64,000 bases of DNA from Utricularia gibba (lineage: Eukaryota; Plantae; Magnoliophyta), in NCBI GenBank assembly GCA_002189035.1, contig CM007990.1:6129690-6193689 (forward strand), written 5' to 3'. Within the stretch, counting starts at the first letter, position 1, and each line of letters begins with the position of its first letter. The translations under genes were made by a program, and so were the position numbers. Of this stretch, positions 25,650 to 38,120 are shown in pieces. A model generated the notes under the pieces. It was not told the origin of the DNA. It searched no databases and saw nothing but the letters and a program-made list of their open reading frames with translations.

Positions 25650-28600
25650 ATGAATGAGCTGAAGACGTCGCTGAAGAAATTGAAGAATTTTGCAGCCCTT
25701 GGAAACGATGGAAGAGCGCGGAAGCAGTGTCCTGCTTCTCGCCTGGATGAGCTTGCTCGAGCCGCGCAGGTACTTTCCCCAAATTGGCTATTCAGATATT
25801 AATTTTCAATTTCATGGTTTGATTGTGAATTTCAGCCCTCGTTCTCAAGAATCAACTTCACTGGTTTTTGTATCCATATAGACCTATAGCTTGATACCTT
25901 TGAAAAGTTAAATTTCTTCCAATTTTTTGCCTGCTGCTTTGCTTACCTCTCTATTCAGCGGGTCTAGTAGAAATGTGGCCATGCCCCCTAACTGTGTGGT
26001 AAAAGTGGCCCTCATTCAGCTCTTTCTTTGAACGATTTATTTCTTTCTATCAGAATATGAATGATGTGAAAGACTACTATGAAAGGTTGCTTTCCGCTGC
26101 TGCATTCACAGCCAACAGCGTATATGGTATGTAACTCGAAGACAATTGGAGTCTTTTTATCACCGCCTTTCCTCTGCAGCAGAGATTTTATCTCAGTATT
26201 GATATGGTACCTGTTTTCAGAATTCGCTGAGTCACTGACCGAGATGGGTAACTGTATCCTTGAAAAGTCAGCCTTGGACGGTGATGAAAAGAGTGGTAAG
26301 CCTGGACCCAGGTGTGCTCATACATATTAGTCACTTGAGCGGTTAGAGCTTTTGCAGTCAAGTGCAACACGGATTCATGAGTTTGGATTTGGTTGAAAGC
26401 ATGTATGCATGATTCAGTGGTATAAAAACTTGGCATTTGGTTGAACACCGAGCTCCCTTAATTGCAAAATTATGAAAATCAGACTCAACTTGGACTAGCC
26501 ATTTTGCAGTTTACAGTTAGACTTACCTATCAATAAGCAATATGCTGAGCATTAAGGATGATCCAATTTTCAAGCTCAAAGTCAAGGCTTGTATCTTCAA
26601 GCTATCCTTGCCTACATGCTTGCTCTCTATTTTTAAAACTCTTCCTTCTTGAAGATCCCCCCTTCCTAGGACAGACGACTAAAGAGATTAAATTTTGCAG
26701 GGAAAGTTTTAACAATGATGGGAAGAGTGCAGTTTGAACTTCAAAAACTGGTCGACGGTTATGTGAGTTTCTCCCTGAGTGCATTACTCTTCTTTCGTGG
26801 AGTATCCTTCACATGTTGCTTTGGTGTATACTTCAGCGATCCCATATAATCCAGACGATCACAGTTCCTTCAGAGTCTCTTCTAAATGAACTTCGTGTGG
26901 TAGAGGTGAATCCCTAGTTTTGTACTGCATTCTTTTAAGTTTTTGCTTGTATGTCAATTCTATTGAGATTTTTTTCGAGTATTCTTCGTCCGCATGCAGG
27001 ATATGAAGAAGCGGTGTGATGATAAAAGGTAGATCCTTGATGTCCATTACATTTTAATTGATATTGCAGTCGTTTCCTGAAAAAATTATCTGCTTTTGTG
27101 CTGAGTGGCAGGGAAATATGCGAAGAACTGAAGAAAAGACACAAGGAGCAAGGGATTTCGAGAAAGAGTAAAAATGAAAACTTTTCTTTGTCTCAACTGC
27201 AACAGCTCCAAGATGGATATGAAGAGGAGGCAAATGCATTTGTCTTCCGTATGAAGTCCTTAAAACAAGGACAATCACGAAGTTTTCTCACCCAGGCATC
27301 CCGACATTATTCTGCACAGGTTGCTCAATCCCCCACAATGACACATTATGGATGTTCTCATCGTTGCATCTCAATTGACACATGGTTTCCGCTATATTCA
27401 TCAGCTTTCCTTCTTCAGGAGAGCAGTCAGATCCTTGGAAGCCATTGAGACACACGTCAAACTCTTAGCAGAACAACATATTATAGATTACCAGATTAGT
27501 GGATTGGAAGATACTGAGCATGAAACTTTAGATGACTCTGATGATGACAGAAATGATAAGGATGATAGTACCGAAGAAAGTTCGGCATCAGGAAGATATG
27601 ATGCAAAGGGGGACCTTGGATTTGACCATGGACGAAATTATCCATCCCAAGATGAATCAGATCCCAAAAAATTGACGGAGGTATGCTATATGCGCTGCTC
27701 CATTGTTTCCTTGCATTATAGGAAAGCTTGGAGCCTCATTTCATTCGCTTGGCAAGTTTAGTCCAGTTTCAGTTTTTCTTCAGCTTAGTCAGGCTTGGCG
27801 TTTTTACGTTAAACTGTACATTTTGCAGCTGGAGAGTAGAGATGCATCATTCACTTCTGACCGTAAGCCTGAAGCTGCAAAGGTGAGGATGCTTTTACGA
27901 CTATGTTGCAAACATGAGTGATTTCTGGTTCGTTACAGCGAATGACCTTCCATTAGCGGATGTAGGAGCTTATGGGAAGCTACAGAAATTCATTTTCTTT
28001 CCACAGAGGGGTGGGAGCAGTCAGCAAGTCAGCACCTCTGTTTCCAGGGAACAAACAGAACTCAGCCGCGCGAGTTATGGAGTTAGGGCCCTTATCATCT
28101 GGCAAGGTTTCTTCTTATGTGCTGCCCACACCTGACGAGCCAAGGAGTTCGGTTTCAGTTAAATTATCCAGTGAAGTTGCTCAGAAAACAGAAGGCACAA
28201 ATCATCTGAAATCCGCCGGCATCAACTGGAAAAATTCGATAACCTTAGATATCATGAAGAAAGCAAGTATTGCAGCACCTTCAATCACAAAAGATGTTTC
28301 ACTTAACCGACAGGAGGTAGATGCTGGATTCTATGCACAGAAAGTCACAAGACAGGTCCATTCTGGCCCCATAGTAGGGAAACCACGGCCGAAGGGTCAA
28401 GGTCTTTCCGACACCAGCTGCAGTTCCTCAGCACTTCCTCTGTTTTCAGGGTGGCAATTGCATACCCCATTACTCCGGCCATCATCGAACTCCCAGCCCT
28501 CATCTCAGGTTCCTACTAGCTTTGCACCATCTCTGAAGATCAGTGAGCTGCATGAGCTTCCTCGCCCCCCTGCTTCCGGAAGACAGCCGCATCCTATCAC

Positions 28601-28757
28601 TCGCTCAGGTCCTTTAGTATCAAGACGTCAAGACCTCTCAACTGTATCTGTATCCGGAACTCCTATTGCTGCATCACGAGTGGTTTTGTCCCGCAGCTAC
28701 TCTGTTCCTGCAGGAGGGATGGTGGAGGTAGCATTGCAGCATCCCCCGGAGTCTTAG
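25650..28757 (+). CDS. At2g33490-like protein with N-terminal BAR-like domain and Pro/Ser-rich C-terminus (10 exons)
   Basis: MNELKTSLKKLK...LDELARAAQ|NMNDVKDYYERLLSAAAFTANSVYEFAESLTEMG...GKVLTMMGRVQFELQKLVDGY|RSHIIQTITVPSESLLNELR...SLKQGQSRSFLTQASRHYSAQ; SKSAPLFP; PKISELHELPRPP-like motif. The stop at 28755-28757 may be premature. Confidence 0.8.
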
Positions 28758-29748
28758 AAATTCAACGCATCAGAAAATGTGGATTCGCCTCGGTTAACAT
28801 CAACATCCATGAAGCAGCATATGCAACCTGCATCCCTTCCATCATGGATGGATCCCCTTCCTACACTTGTAGAACAGAAGGTTATCCTGGAACCTCAAAG
28901 AAAAGAATCAAAAATGCATTTGTTTTAATGTTTGGAAAACCACAGTGACAGAAATGACTGCTGACATTAAAGCCTTGCGAGAATGGCAAATGCATGTGAA
29001 AGAGTCCGGCTTCGCGATCATGAATCAAAACAGGGGGTTTACTCGTCGTATAGTTGGGTGACATGTACACGTACACACACACACCGCCACTAGGAAATGA
29101 CTGAATGGTTACCATCCCGGTGCCTCATGATGTTGGGTCATAGTTATTTCAAAGATGTTGGGTTGCTATAAAATAATAATTTAATATCAATCTAATTTTT
29201 GATTGAAGTTCAAAATAAATGATTATGTATGAAGCAACATCATTCGTAAAGGTTGGGGTTTTTATGATGACAAAATTAGTGTGTGAATCAAATATTGATT
29301 GAAGGTGATTGACTTGAACTTCCATGCTCGGGTTTAGTTATTGTGGAAGATTTTTTTTCTTTTTTCCTTTCATGCTTGGATATAAAGAATATCAGCTTGA
29401 TATTCCATCTATTATGATGAACATTAATGATAGTTAATGAGTCAGAAATGTGTAGGCTCCAATTTCTCAAGCCATAAATATTTTCGTTTGGCTTTAAACT
29501 TTTGATGCCACCAGGGGAATCCTCCCAAGTACTCCATACCAATTCGACATTTCGCGCTTCAGGGTAAGAAGGCAATCTCCTGAATCTCTGACTTCTCGTA
29601 TGTACGCAGTGAGCAACTAGACATGCCTACCTTGTGGGGTGGATATTCTTTTTGTTTGAAGTAATTCATAAGAAAAAAAAAAAAAAAAAGAGGCTGTAAA
29701 TGCGAGTAATTGGAGAAAATCCTTGCACTAAACGGTCAGACGAGCAAG

Positions 29749-29880
29749 GACCAGGGCGATACAGCAAATTTACTGTTTCTCACTTTGGATACAGAATATC
29801 ATAGTGACCAGGGCGATACAGCAAATTTACTGTTTCTCACTTTGGATACAGAATATCATAGTGACCAGGGCGATACAGCA
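29749..29880. repeat. 57-bp tandem duplication (2.3 copies) spanning the OTU1 C-terminal codons and stop
   Basis: GACCAGGGCGATACAGCA recurs at 29749, 29806 and 29863, and the intervening sequence is identical. Confidence 0.97.
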
Positions 29881-31743
29881 GGTTGATGAACGGCTCGGAG
29901 ACAGCACTAACAGCATTGCCTTGGACGGGAGTGAAATCATGATGGTTAACTCTGGCACTGCCTTTGTCATCACAGCTTCGGTCCAGATACACTACTCGAA
30001 TTGACACACCCAGCGCATCGGACAAGGCGGTGATGTGCACGTGATCGCTTTCTTCACCCATTGGCTCCACTGACGACTTGCAGAACTTTCCCAGAAAAAA
30101 AACAGAAACGAGTGAGTCATGGAACAATTCTCTATGTTGTCGTGCGTCGATGGCTACAGATAACGCGATGGAAAACTAGCAGAATGTTGTAAGGCCCGGA
30201 AAATTAACCTGGTCCACTGAGGAATTTGTTAAGCCTTGAACAAAAGGTTCATAAAACTCTGAGCGCTTTCTTATTTCGCCAGATGTAATAAACCTGAAGA
30301 ACATTACCACTAACCAAAAAGGTCCCATTAACTGGATGTTGGTAAGCTACAGGAAAGTAAGCAGGTAAAATGATGCATGCGATTCCATCATAGACTTGCA
30401 TGCTCAATGCTACTCACCATAGTCAGATACCGACTGATCTCTACATCTTTTCACAAGCTCCTCATGACTGTAAAGGGAAAGCAAATTTTAGATGTAACGT
30501 CATTGGAGACCCAAGGAAATGGTGAACTACTGAGAGATATATAAGTTCATAAACCTTGTGGAATCACCAGTCCCAAGCACACTCTCAAGTTGTTCAAGGA
30601 AAAGCTGGAATAACAGTACGCCAAAGGTTAACCAACTCCATATGAAGATCAGTTGTACGCAATACTTATTCCCTAAACAACATGATGATCTCAGGTAGCA
30701 ATATGATAATGAGTGAAGCGAACCTATCTCATGACTAGCTGACAGTATTTGTGAATGACAGATAGAAACTCCCAAAATATTATGCACGAACTAGATGATA
30801 AAGCAAATTACCCATAAAAACAGGATTAGCCATCTCACTGAAACATGTTAAGAAGGATTTTGGAGATAACCAATCCATACCGCAAAAAAATCTTCAAAAG
30901 TAAATTCTGCATATCCCAAGTCAAGAAGTGTTTTTCTGCATTGTTCCACATTGACTTTGATGCGATCAAATTCCACACGGTCTTGTTTTATGAGAATGTG
31001 CTCCTGTGAAGAGAAAATACTAAGCTTTAGAAATATGATCCCAAGTGAACGTGACAAGGACAAAATCATCATGAAGAATTTAGACATTCAAAAAACATAC
31101 AAGGTATGCAAACATGAAGCCTCGAAAGAAACAGTTCCCATCTCCCCTTGTTCGCCTGATGGAATCATATTGCTGTGCTAGAGCCTGTACGCATAAAAAA
31201 TTCAAAGCCTACTCAAGAAAACTTGAAAGAGATGGAGAATTTATAAGAACATACCTTAATCTTTACCCCAAATACAGGGTTTCCCAACTTGTATTCAGCT
31301 TCTAGAGACGACAGAGGCTCCTAAAATTTTCAGTACATGATATATTCAACATCTTATTTTTTAAGTGAGGGGAAAAAAACCAGGCATTTTCGTATCAATA
31401 TAGGAAGACAGAAAGGAGAACGGTTATTCAGCATAAGTAGATAAATGTTCAAGGAACCCAATGAACGCAAACATGTTTTATTCCAAAAATAGTATGATGA
31501 AGTGTGGCAACAGCAAAGATATTACTGAACTTTATCTTATTAACATAGACTGCTGACACGGACAAAATTAATTCCTTCCTGGATTACCTTGTTGCCGACA
31601 AATGGTATTTTTGCAGCTTCCTCAGCTTGGATGTCGTATTTTTGTTGCATTATGTCACCATCCTTGAAATCCTCCCAGTTATCAGTTTCTGCAGGCTTGC
31701 TACTCACTTCAAACTCCTCAGCAGGTCCATCCTTATTTTCCAT
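29837..31743 (-). CDS. OTU1: Otubain-like deubiquitinase (OTUB1 family), multi-exon
   Basis: KIPFVGNK|EPLSSLEAEY; catalytic RRTRGDGNCFFRGF; VEPMGEESDHVHITALSDALGVSIRVVYLD; LLYRPGHYDILYPK*. Confidence 0.93.
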
Positions 31744-33004
31744 CCTTACACCAGTGGTGAAAAATGATGGGGCGCAATAATCACAAGAGATCAATGTCAC
31801 GTCCTACTCAGATCAAGTATGCAAATGAAGAAGACTGAGTTCAAGAAAACGATGAATGATGGTGAATTCATGCAACAAATCCGTTGTATTTTTCATGTCA
31901 GAAAAAACGAACATACCAGTATAAGCCAAGTTCTATTAATTTTATAAACAAATAAACCTTTCTACAGATGAAACTTACTAACAAACGTACTAGCTCGAAT
32001 TAAGGCTAGAAGCCCACATAAACCAGGTTTCTTGACATTAAAGGGGATGAAACACCAGGCCAACCTACACTCAGAACGCCGTAATCATAAAACAGGTAGA
32101 TATCATATCAACTGAACGCGCTAAAGAAATTGAAACATTCCAAAAGAAAGGCAATCTCATTGTACGTAACCGTCTCCGGTACGAGAGTACCGGAATGAAG
32201 AATCCAAAGGAATAGCAGTTAGCAAAGCAAATCATATCAATAAACCAAAACGAAGAAGAAGTGAAGCTGCAAACCGGAAACGGCGGATCACGGAAATGAC
32301 CCTCGATCAGTATCCCTTCGCTCTCAGAGCCAAGAGTGAGTCACCATCAATGGGCGAAAATATATATTATATATACAGATAGGGCTGAGGAAAAAAATAA
32401 TAAAATTTGTGTTTTAATAACTGCCTGGAATCTGTAAAGCCCATAATATTATTCATTTCCTATGGGCCGGACTGACGACTCGCCAATATTTTCTTCTGCA
32501 GAAGGGAATGAAGCCCAGAGATCCGCTTTGATTTTCTCTTGAAGTGAACCTGCTGAACTTGGCGGCGGGTGCTTCCGGTATAACTAATTCATACAAGAAA
32601 CAACAATTGGTATACTTGGATTATAAAAGCAAATTTCTTGGCAATAAAAAAAATTGTAGGCAGAGAGCAGCTCAACACTGCACTGCGGTGGAACAACCAG
32701 TGTTACACTATCATTTAAAGTGATTTCTCGTCTTCAATGTCTCTTGTAAGCGCCTAGTAGCATTACACAATGCGCACCCTTCGTGCCACTTAAGGGAGAT
32801 TTAATGTCATGGGATCAGTGCTGTTTTTTAGGCTTCCCCTTATTTCATCCTTCTTTTAACTAGCTCTGGGCATCATGATATGTGTTATGCTTCCTGAGTA
32901 TCTGCTTCATCAGAGTGCTGCCACTCATTGGTCTAGTGTTGATGGCTTCATGCTGAGTTACAAACCCATGCTTGCTACAGTTGCAGCTATAATTTGTTTA
33001 AGGT

Positions 33005-33530
33005 TTTTTTCTGGCGCTATTCCACCAGGGCAGGGAACCGTGATAGCACCCGAACAGGAAGCCGGGTTGATTCCAGATTTCCCTGCTTCAGTTGCAGCCA
33101 TCAAGAGTCCCGGTGCAAAGATTGTTTATGATGAGCATAATCATCAGCGTTATCCACCTGGTGATCCATGCAAACGTGCTTTTACATACTTCGTATTGAC
33201 TGGGGGTAGGTTTGTGTATGCATCATTGGATCAACTGTTACAGTGCAGTGGCGTGAGGAGCCAGTGTTCATTAGGAATAGAACTGAAGATGGCGTCAAGT
33301 TAGCAAACAGTGTTGACGTTTCCAGAATCTGATTACGTGAGAATCAAGAATCCAGAATGGCGTGTGGTTGTCGGCGTTTGGACTCATCTTTGTTGCAATC
33401 CATTTCCAAATGCTGGTGGTTTTGCCCATGCCATGGGTCACATTACGATATTTCCGGCAGGATTGGCAAGGGGCCTGCCCCGTAGAGTTGGAGTTACACT
33501 CTTACACTCTCCTGGATGAGAAATAGGATG
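33005..33530 (+). pseudogene. UCR1: Mitochondrial cytochrome bc1 Rieske iron-sulfur protein pseudogene
   Basis: [37 protein letters not shown], then after a deletion and frameshift [21 protein letters not shown], then [17 protein letters not shown] (first Cys ligand replaced by Trp), then [22 protein letters not shown] (TAG 33483-33485). Confidence 0.92.
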
Positions 33531-34289
33531 ATTATGCTGTTAGCAATGCCTGAATCTCTCCAGAAACATTCATTGGTAACACTAGTTATTTTGGTAGTTT
33601 GTTATGAATGATTCTGGGATGCGGTTATGAGCACAATATCTTGACCCCCTGGGAGTTAACGCTGCGGAAGCCTCCACGAAGATGGGCTGAGTCCGCCGAC
33701 AACGTGACCTGAAGAAATTCAGTGGCTTGGGCTGACTTAATGACAGGCCGATGAGGCTGCAATCAGACTAGATGGGCCTCACGTAATGGCCTCTGCTCTT
33801 TTATAGGCCAGGTCCAAAATATGGTGATGCTCACCTGTTCAGTGTTCACTCTACAGTCCACACGGCTTCCCTGGCGTAATTTACTCATGTTTCAATTGAT
33901 TACAAAAAGCATGTGAGTTCGAATCGGCCATTTTGCGACAGGCTTCAGGATTCAGAGTTATAACACAACGGCAACTCAGGAGCAATCTGATTCTGGCAAA
34001 GAAAATTTTAATAGGACCTAGACAAAGCCCAACAAGGGCAAGTCATTCTGCTGCCTATCGTAACCAACATGATTAAAAATGGGTGGGGGCTGGAAGAAAC
34101 TCTGCAACGTGAGCTGTAAATACGCGGCGGGTGTTCGACGAGATAAGTGACTATTTATTACCCAGATACGACGATTATGAAGTTTGAGGAGCTTGGGTCG
34201 TTTCTCTCTCGCTTTTTAATACGCAAAATAGCTTAGGTACACCAGAATTAAATGGGGCCAAGGCATTAGACCGGATCGGATCCGCAACA

Positions 34290-37142
34290 TCAAATTTCAT
34301 ACGTCATGCCTACTCGCAACATCCTGGCATGTGGAATGGCCAGCGTTTGGTCCGCCTGCCGGAAATTTTGTCTCAACAAGTTATATGCCTTGTTGATCAC
34401 AAACTTCCTTAGCAAGTTCGATCCCTCCACCGCCACCACCTCCGCCTCTCCGATGAGGTAGAACACGCCTTGCTCCATCGCCCGCTCTACAAATTTCACC
34501 TCCTCCTCCGCCTCCCGGCGACTGTCCCGGTCCAAGGATTGAATTGGTCCGTTGGGATTGGAATGACGAAATGGATTTGTTCTGGTGAAGGCGGCCGCTT
34601 CATCCGTAGCAGACCTGAGATTCTGTTCAAGGATGAACGATTTGAGTTTTTCTATGAGCTGCATCTCGAATTCCTCTCCCTTCTTTATGATGTCTTTGTA
34701 CCCGTATCGGACGACGCAACGGAAAATTCGATACTGCCTAGGCTCCACCTGCCGGAAAAGGAACCGCTCCTCTGGCAACACCCTGCTGATGGGAATGGAC
34801 TTTATGGAGACGAAGATGACGACCGAGTGAAAAGAGGGCACATTCCGAACGAAGTGGGGGAAGATTGGGGGTATCCCCTCAACGAGCTCTGCGTACAGAA
34901 GTCCAATTCCCGGGAGTCTGTTGATGTTAGCATCGGTGGCCAACTGTCTGACGTATTCGCTAGAGACTTTGTGTTTGAGCTCATACATGTAACGATGAAC
35001 GTGGGTGTAATGCCAAACTCCCATGATTGTCAGCAGCACGGCGGCGAAGCACAGGGGAAGGTACCCTCCCTCTGTGAACTTCACCAGGACTGAAGACATG
35101 TAGATCAGCTCTATCGAGATGAAAACTCCAAAGAACAGGGAGATGACCCATATGCTCGTCTTCCAAATCACCACCATGATTAGGCTAACCATGCAGGTGG
35201 TTATCAGCATCACGGTCAGAACGGCGATACCTGCAACAAAATGACTAGTTTTAGCAGGGGGCCCAATATCATGTTTCTGTGCTTGATGAGTGATTCTGCT
35301 CTCTTATGCTCTGCTCACCGTAAGCATTCCCGATATTGGTGGTGTTTTTGAAGCCCAAAGTGACTAAAACGCAGGCGATCATGAGAATGTAGTTGATTTC
35401 AGGGATATAAACTTGACCCTCATACTTGGGCGAGGTGTGAATGACCTTCATTCTCGGGAAGCATCTGAGGCTGAGGGATTGAGAAATGATGGCGAAGGCG
35501 CCAGAGATCATGGCCTGGCTGGCGATGATGGCTGCCATAACGGCGACCACAAACGTCGGCCAGTACAGGGGACCTACAAAAACAAAACAAAACAACACAG
35601 ATCAGGATGTATTTGATTCTCTCTTCTACGTAAAGAAGGCACTCACTCGGTATGCAGGCGTAAAAAGTGTTGCCAACGTTTTCAGGGAATTTGGTTAGAT
35701 ATGCGCCTTGTCCGATGTATGCCAGACATAATGCAGGAAAAACAAGCGTAGAGAAACTTATTTGGACGGCGCGAACATTGAAATGTCCCAGATCAGCAAA
35801 CATCGCTTCCGTTCCTGATGAAACACAAGGATATGTAGTGAGAACGGGGGGGCAGGGTAGAATATGCTGAGTGTATTTTGAAGAAACCAGCCTGTGATGC
35901 AGAGAAAAACGCCGCCTAAAGAAACCCAACCAGTTTTTCCATTCCTCCGGAAGTAATCAACTATGTATTTTGGATTGAAGGCACGCAAGACAGTCACGTC
36001 ATACTTGATCAGGTTGTACACCCCAATTCCAGCTATGAAGGAGAACCACACGCAGATTGCCGGAGCAAACGTGTAGCCAACTTTGTCTGTCCCGAATCGT
36101 TGCACGCTGAACAGGACTACCAATATGGTTGCAGAAATATAGGCCACGGAATCTGCACCACCGACACCAGAAAGCATCCATAATGTGACTGCGCAAAATT
36201 AGCATGTAGTAGTATTCGTAGTTGCTTACCGCCATGGAGACCCTTGATTCCACTCACCGCGGAAAGAACTGAAAATGAAGAAAGGAAGAAAAGGGTTAAG
36301 TAGAGACTAGTGTGGTGTTCAAGATGCCACGATATATTTACCGGAGATACTAGGCGTGAGAACGCCATCTCCCATCACCATAGAAGTTCCTAATATTGCG
36401 CAGAGAAAGAGAGCAACTTTAGCAAAGGCACTTGACTCGAGCTTGTTCTTGATCATTTGTGATCGTCCAAGTCGAGATGGGGGCACCTCAAGCTCATAAT
36501 TGGATAGATTTCTATCCTCAGGTTGGTGATTTGGCATAAGACTAACGTTGGCGTACCGACATAGTTTGGAATACAATGCAAATGTTCCTCCTAAAGAGAC
36601 AAAGCCAGAGGAGCATCCATCACTCTGTCTTGTTTTTAAATGGCACTTCTATCTATCATCAAAGTTAGGGAGGCCGATATTACCGTCACCGTTGTCGTTG
36701 GCCCACAGGACGATGAACACGTATTTGATGAATGGTACCAAGGCTATGGTATAGATTATGAGGGATATGACACCCAGTATATCCTGTGTGTTTTTTATCC
36801 CATCTGTAAAGGTGCTGGCGTAAACATACAAAGGGGAAGTTCCAATGTCTCCGTAGATTACTCCGATACTCTGAAACGCCAAGTGCAACGTTGTCTGCCA
36901 ACATCCCTATTCAAATTCAACTTTCAGATCATCTGCATAAACTCAAGATATCCGTATAGTAAATCAAAGGTAGTGGTTATTAAGATGACCGGAGCTCCAG
37001 CATGGTGCCCTGGAGAAGAGAAAACATTTCCAGCTTCGACGTGCAAGGAGTCAACATGGCGGAGCCGTTCCCAGGATTCCTTGGTCGCTGCTGGGGCGGC
37101 ACCGGGATTGTGCTCTGGTTTTCCATTCAAGCATGCCTCCAT
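34290..37142 (-). CDS. HAK5: HAK/KUP/KT high-affinity K+ transporter, cluster I (HAK5-like), copy A
   Basis: [89 protein letters not shown]. One intron needs a GC donor (35891). Confidence 0.9.
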
Positions 37143-37812
37143 TTCCCTTCCACCACAAGGTAGCACACGTAGCTTTTGCGCTTTCTTAAGGCTAGACTAA
37201 ATGTATATATAGGCTCTCCATAAGCAAGTTTCCGGGGAGAAACCGAGTCCTCTATTTATTTATTAACAGTTATTTCAAATGTATCGTGAACCACTTTTTT
37301 ACTTGGTAGTCTGGCCATCAGCTGTTGGGGTTTGACCTTGGCGGATTTTCCTGATTCATATTAAATCCGAACTGGAAATTTTTCTTTTCAAATTATTGAT
37401 CTTCAAAATCGAAGAGGGACGGAAAATACCCCTTGGCCAGCCAGCCCTCCGACACCATTCCCTTCCGTTTTCTTTAGACTCCCCTTGAATACAAACCATT
37501 TTTCAATAAAAAGGAGATTGACCTGATTTACAAACTCCTCCTACTACATAGATAGTGCTTTTAACACGTCATACAGCAGTCATCCAGGAATAATTATGTG
37601 GCTAATGGCGAATAGATGACCTCGGCTCCTTTTTTTTGACACATCTTGTTCAACCGTTGAATGATTTGTAGAAATTCCATCAGCAAATTCGGGGATTAAT
37701 GGTGCAGAGCCGCAGAAGTTTACTAGACGCTCTCCCGAAAGGGAGAATGCTGAATGTCCAGCACTTGCAATGACAGTACTTCATGGTGCTCACCATGAGA
37801 AAAAAGTTGCGA

Positions 37813-38120
37813 TCATAAGCAAGCATAAACCGTGTCATTCCGCCGTGGAGGCCCGTCCGGAATTTCGAAGCCTGGTGTCTGGGAAGTCCAGGAGAGGGCT
37901 GTTGCTAAAAATCATAAAAAACTTGACTGTGGTGGAGTGTCAAGAATATGGTGGCCAGACCAGTCTTACCAGCACGGCCAGTTTAAGCTTGGATATTACC
38001 CGCTGACGACATGTTGAACATAGGGGATATCGATTCCAAATCCCGCGACGTCAGTGCAGTCACGCTGTAGCTGCTCTCTTTGTGCATACTTTTAGTAACA
38101 TCGTCGGTAGCCTTCTCCAT
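37813..38120 (-). pseudogene. RH21: Degraded C-terminal fragment of DEAD-box helicase PRP28/DDX23 (plant RH21-like)
   Basis: Manual translation across frameshifts gives TDVAGFGIDIPYVQHVV (38055-38005, motif V), TGRAGKTGLATIFLTLHHSQVFYDF* (from 37982, motif VI), RHQASKF, and PPRRNDTVYA (37851-37822), the PRP28-type C-terminus. Confidence 0.8.

Noticed and set aside
33640-33800. GC-richer non-coding stretch considered as 7SL, MRP or another structured RNA
   Set aside because: It does not match the plant SRP, MRP or snRNA sequences I recall, and no clear promoter or stems were found.
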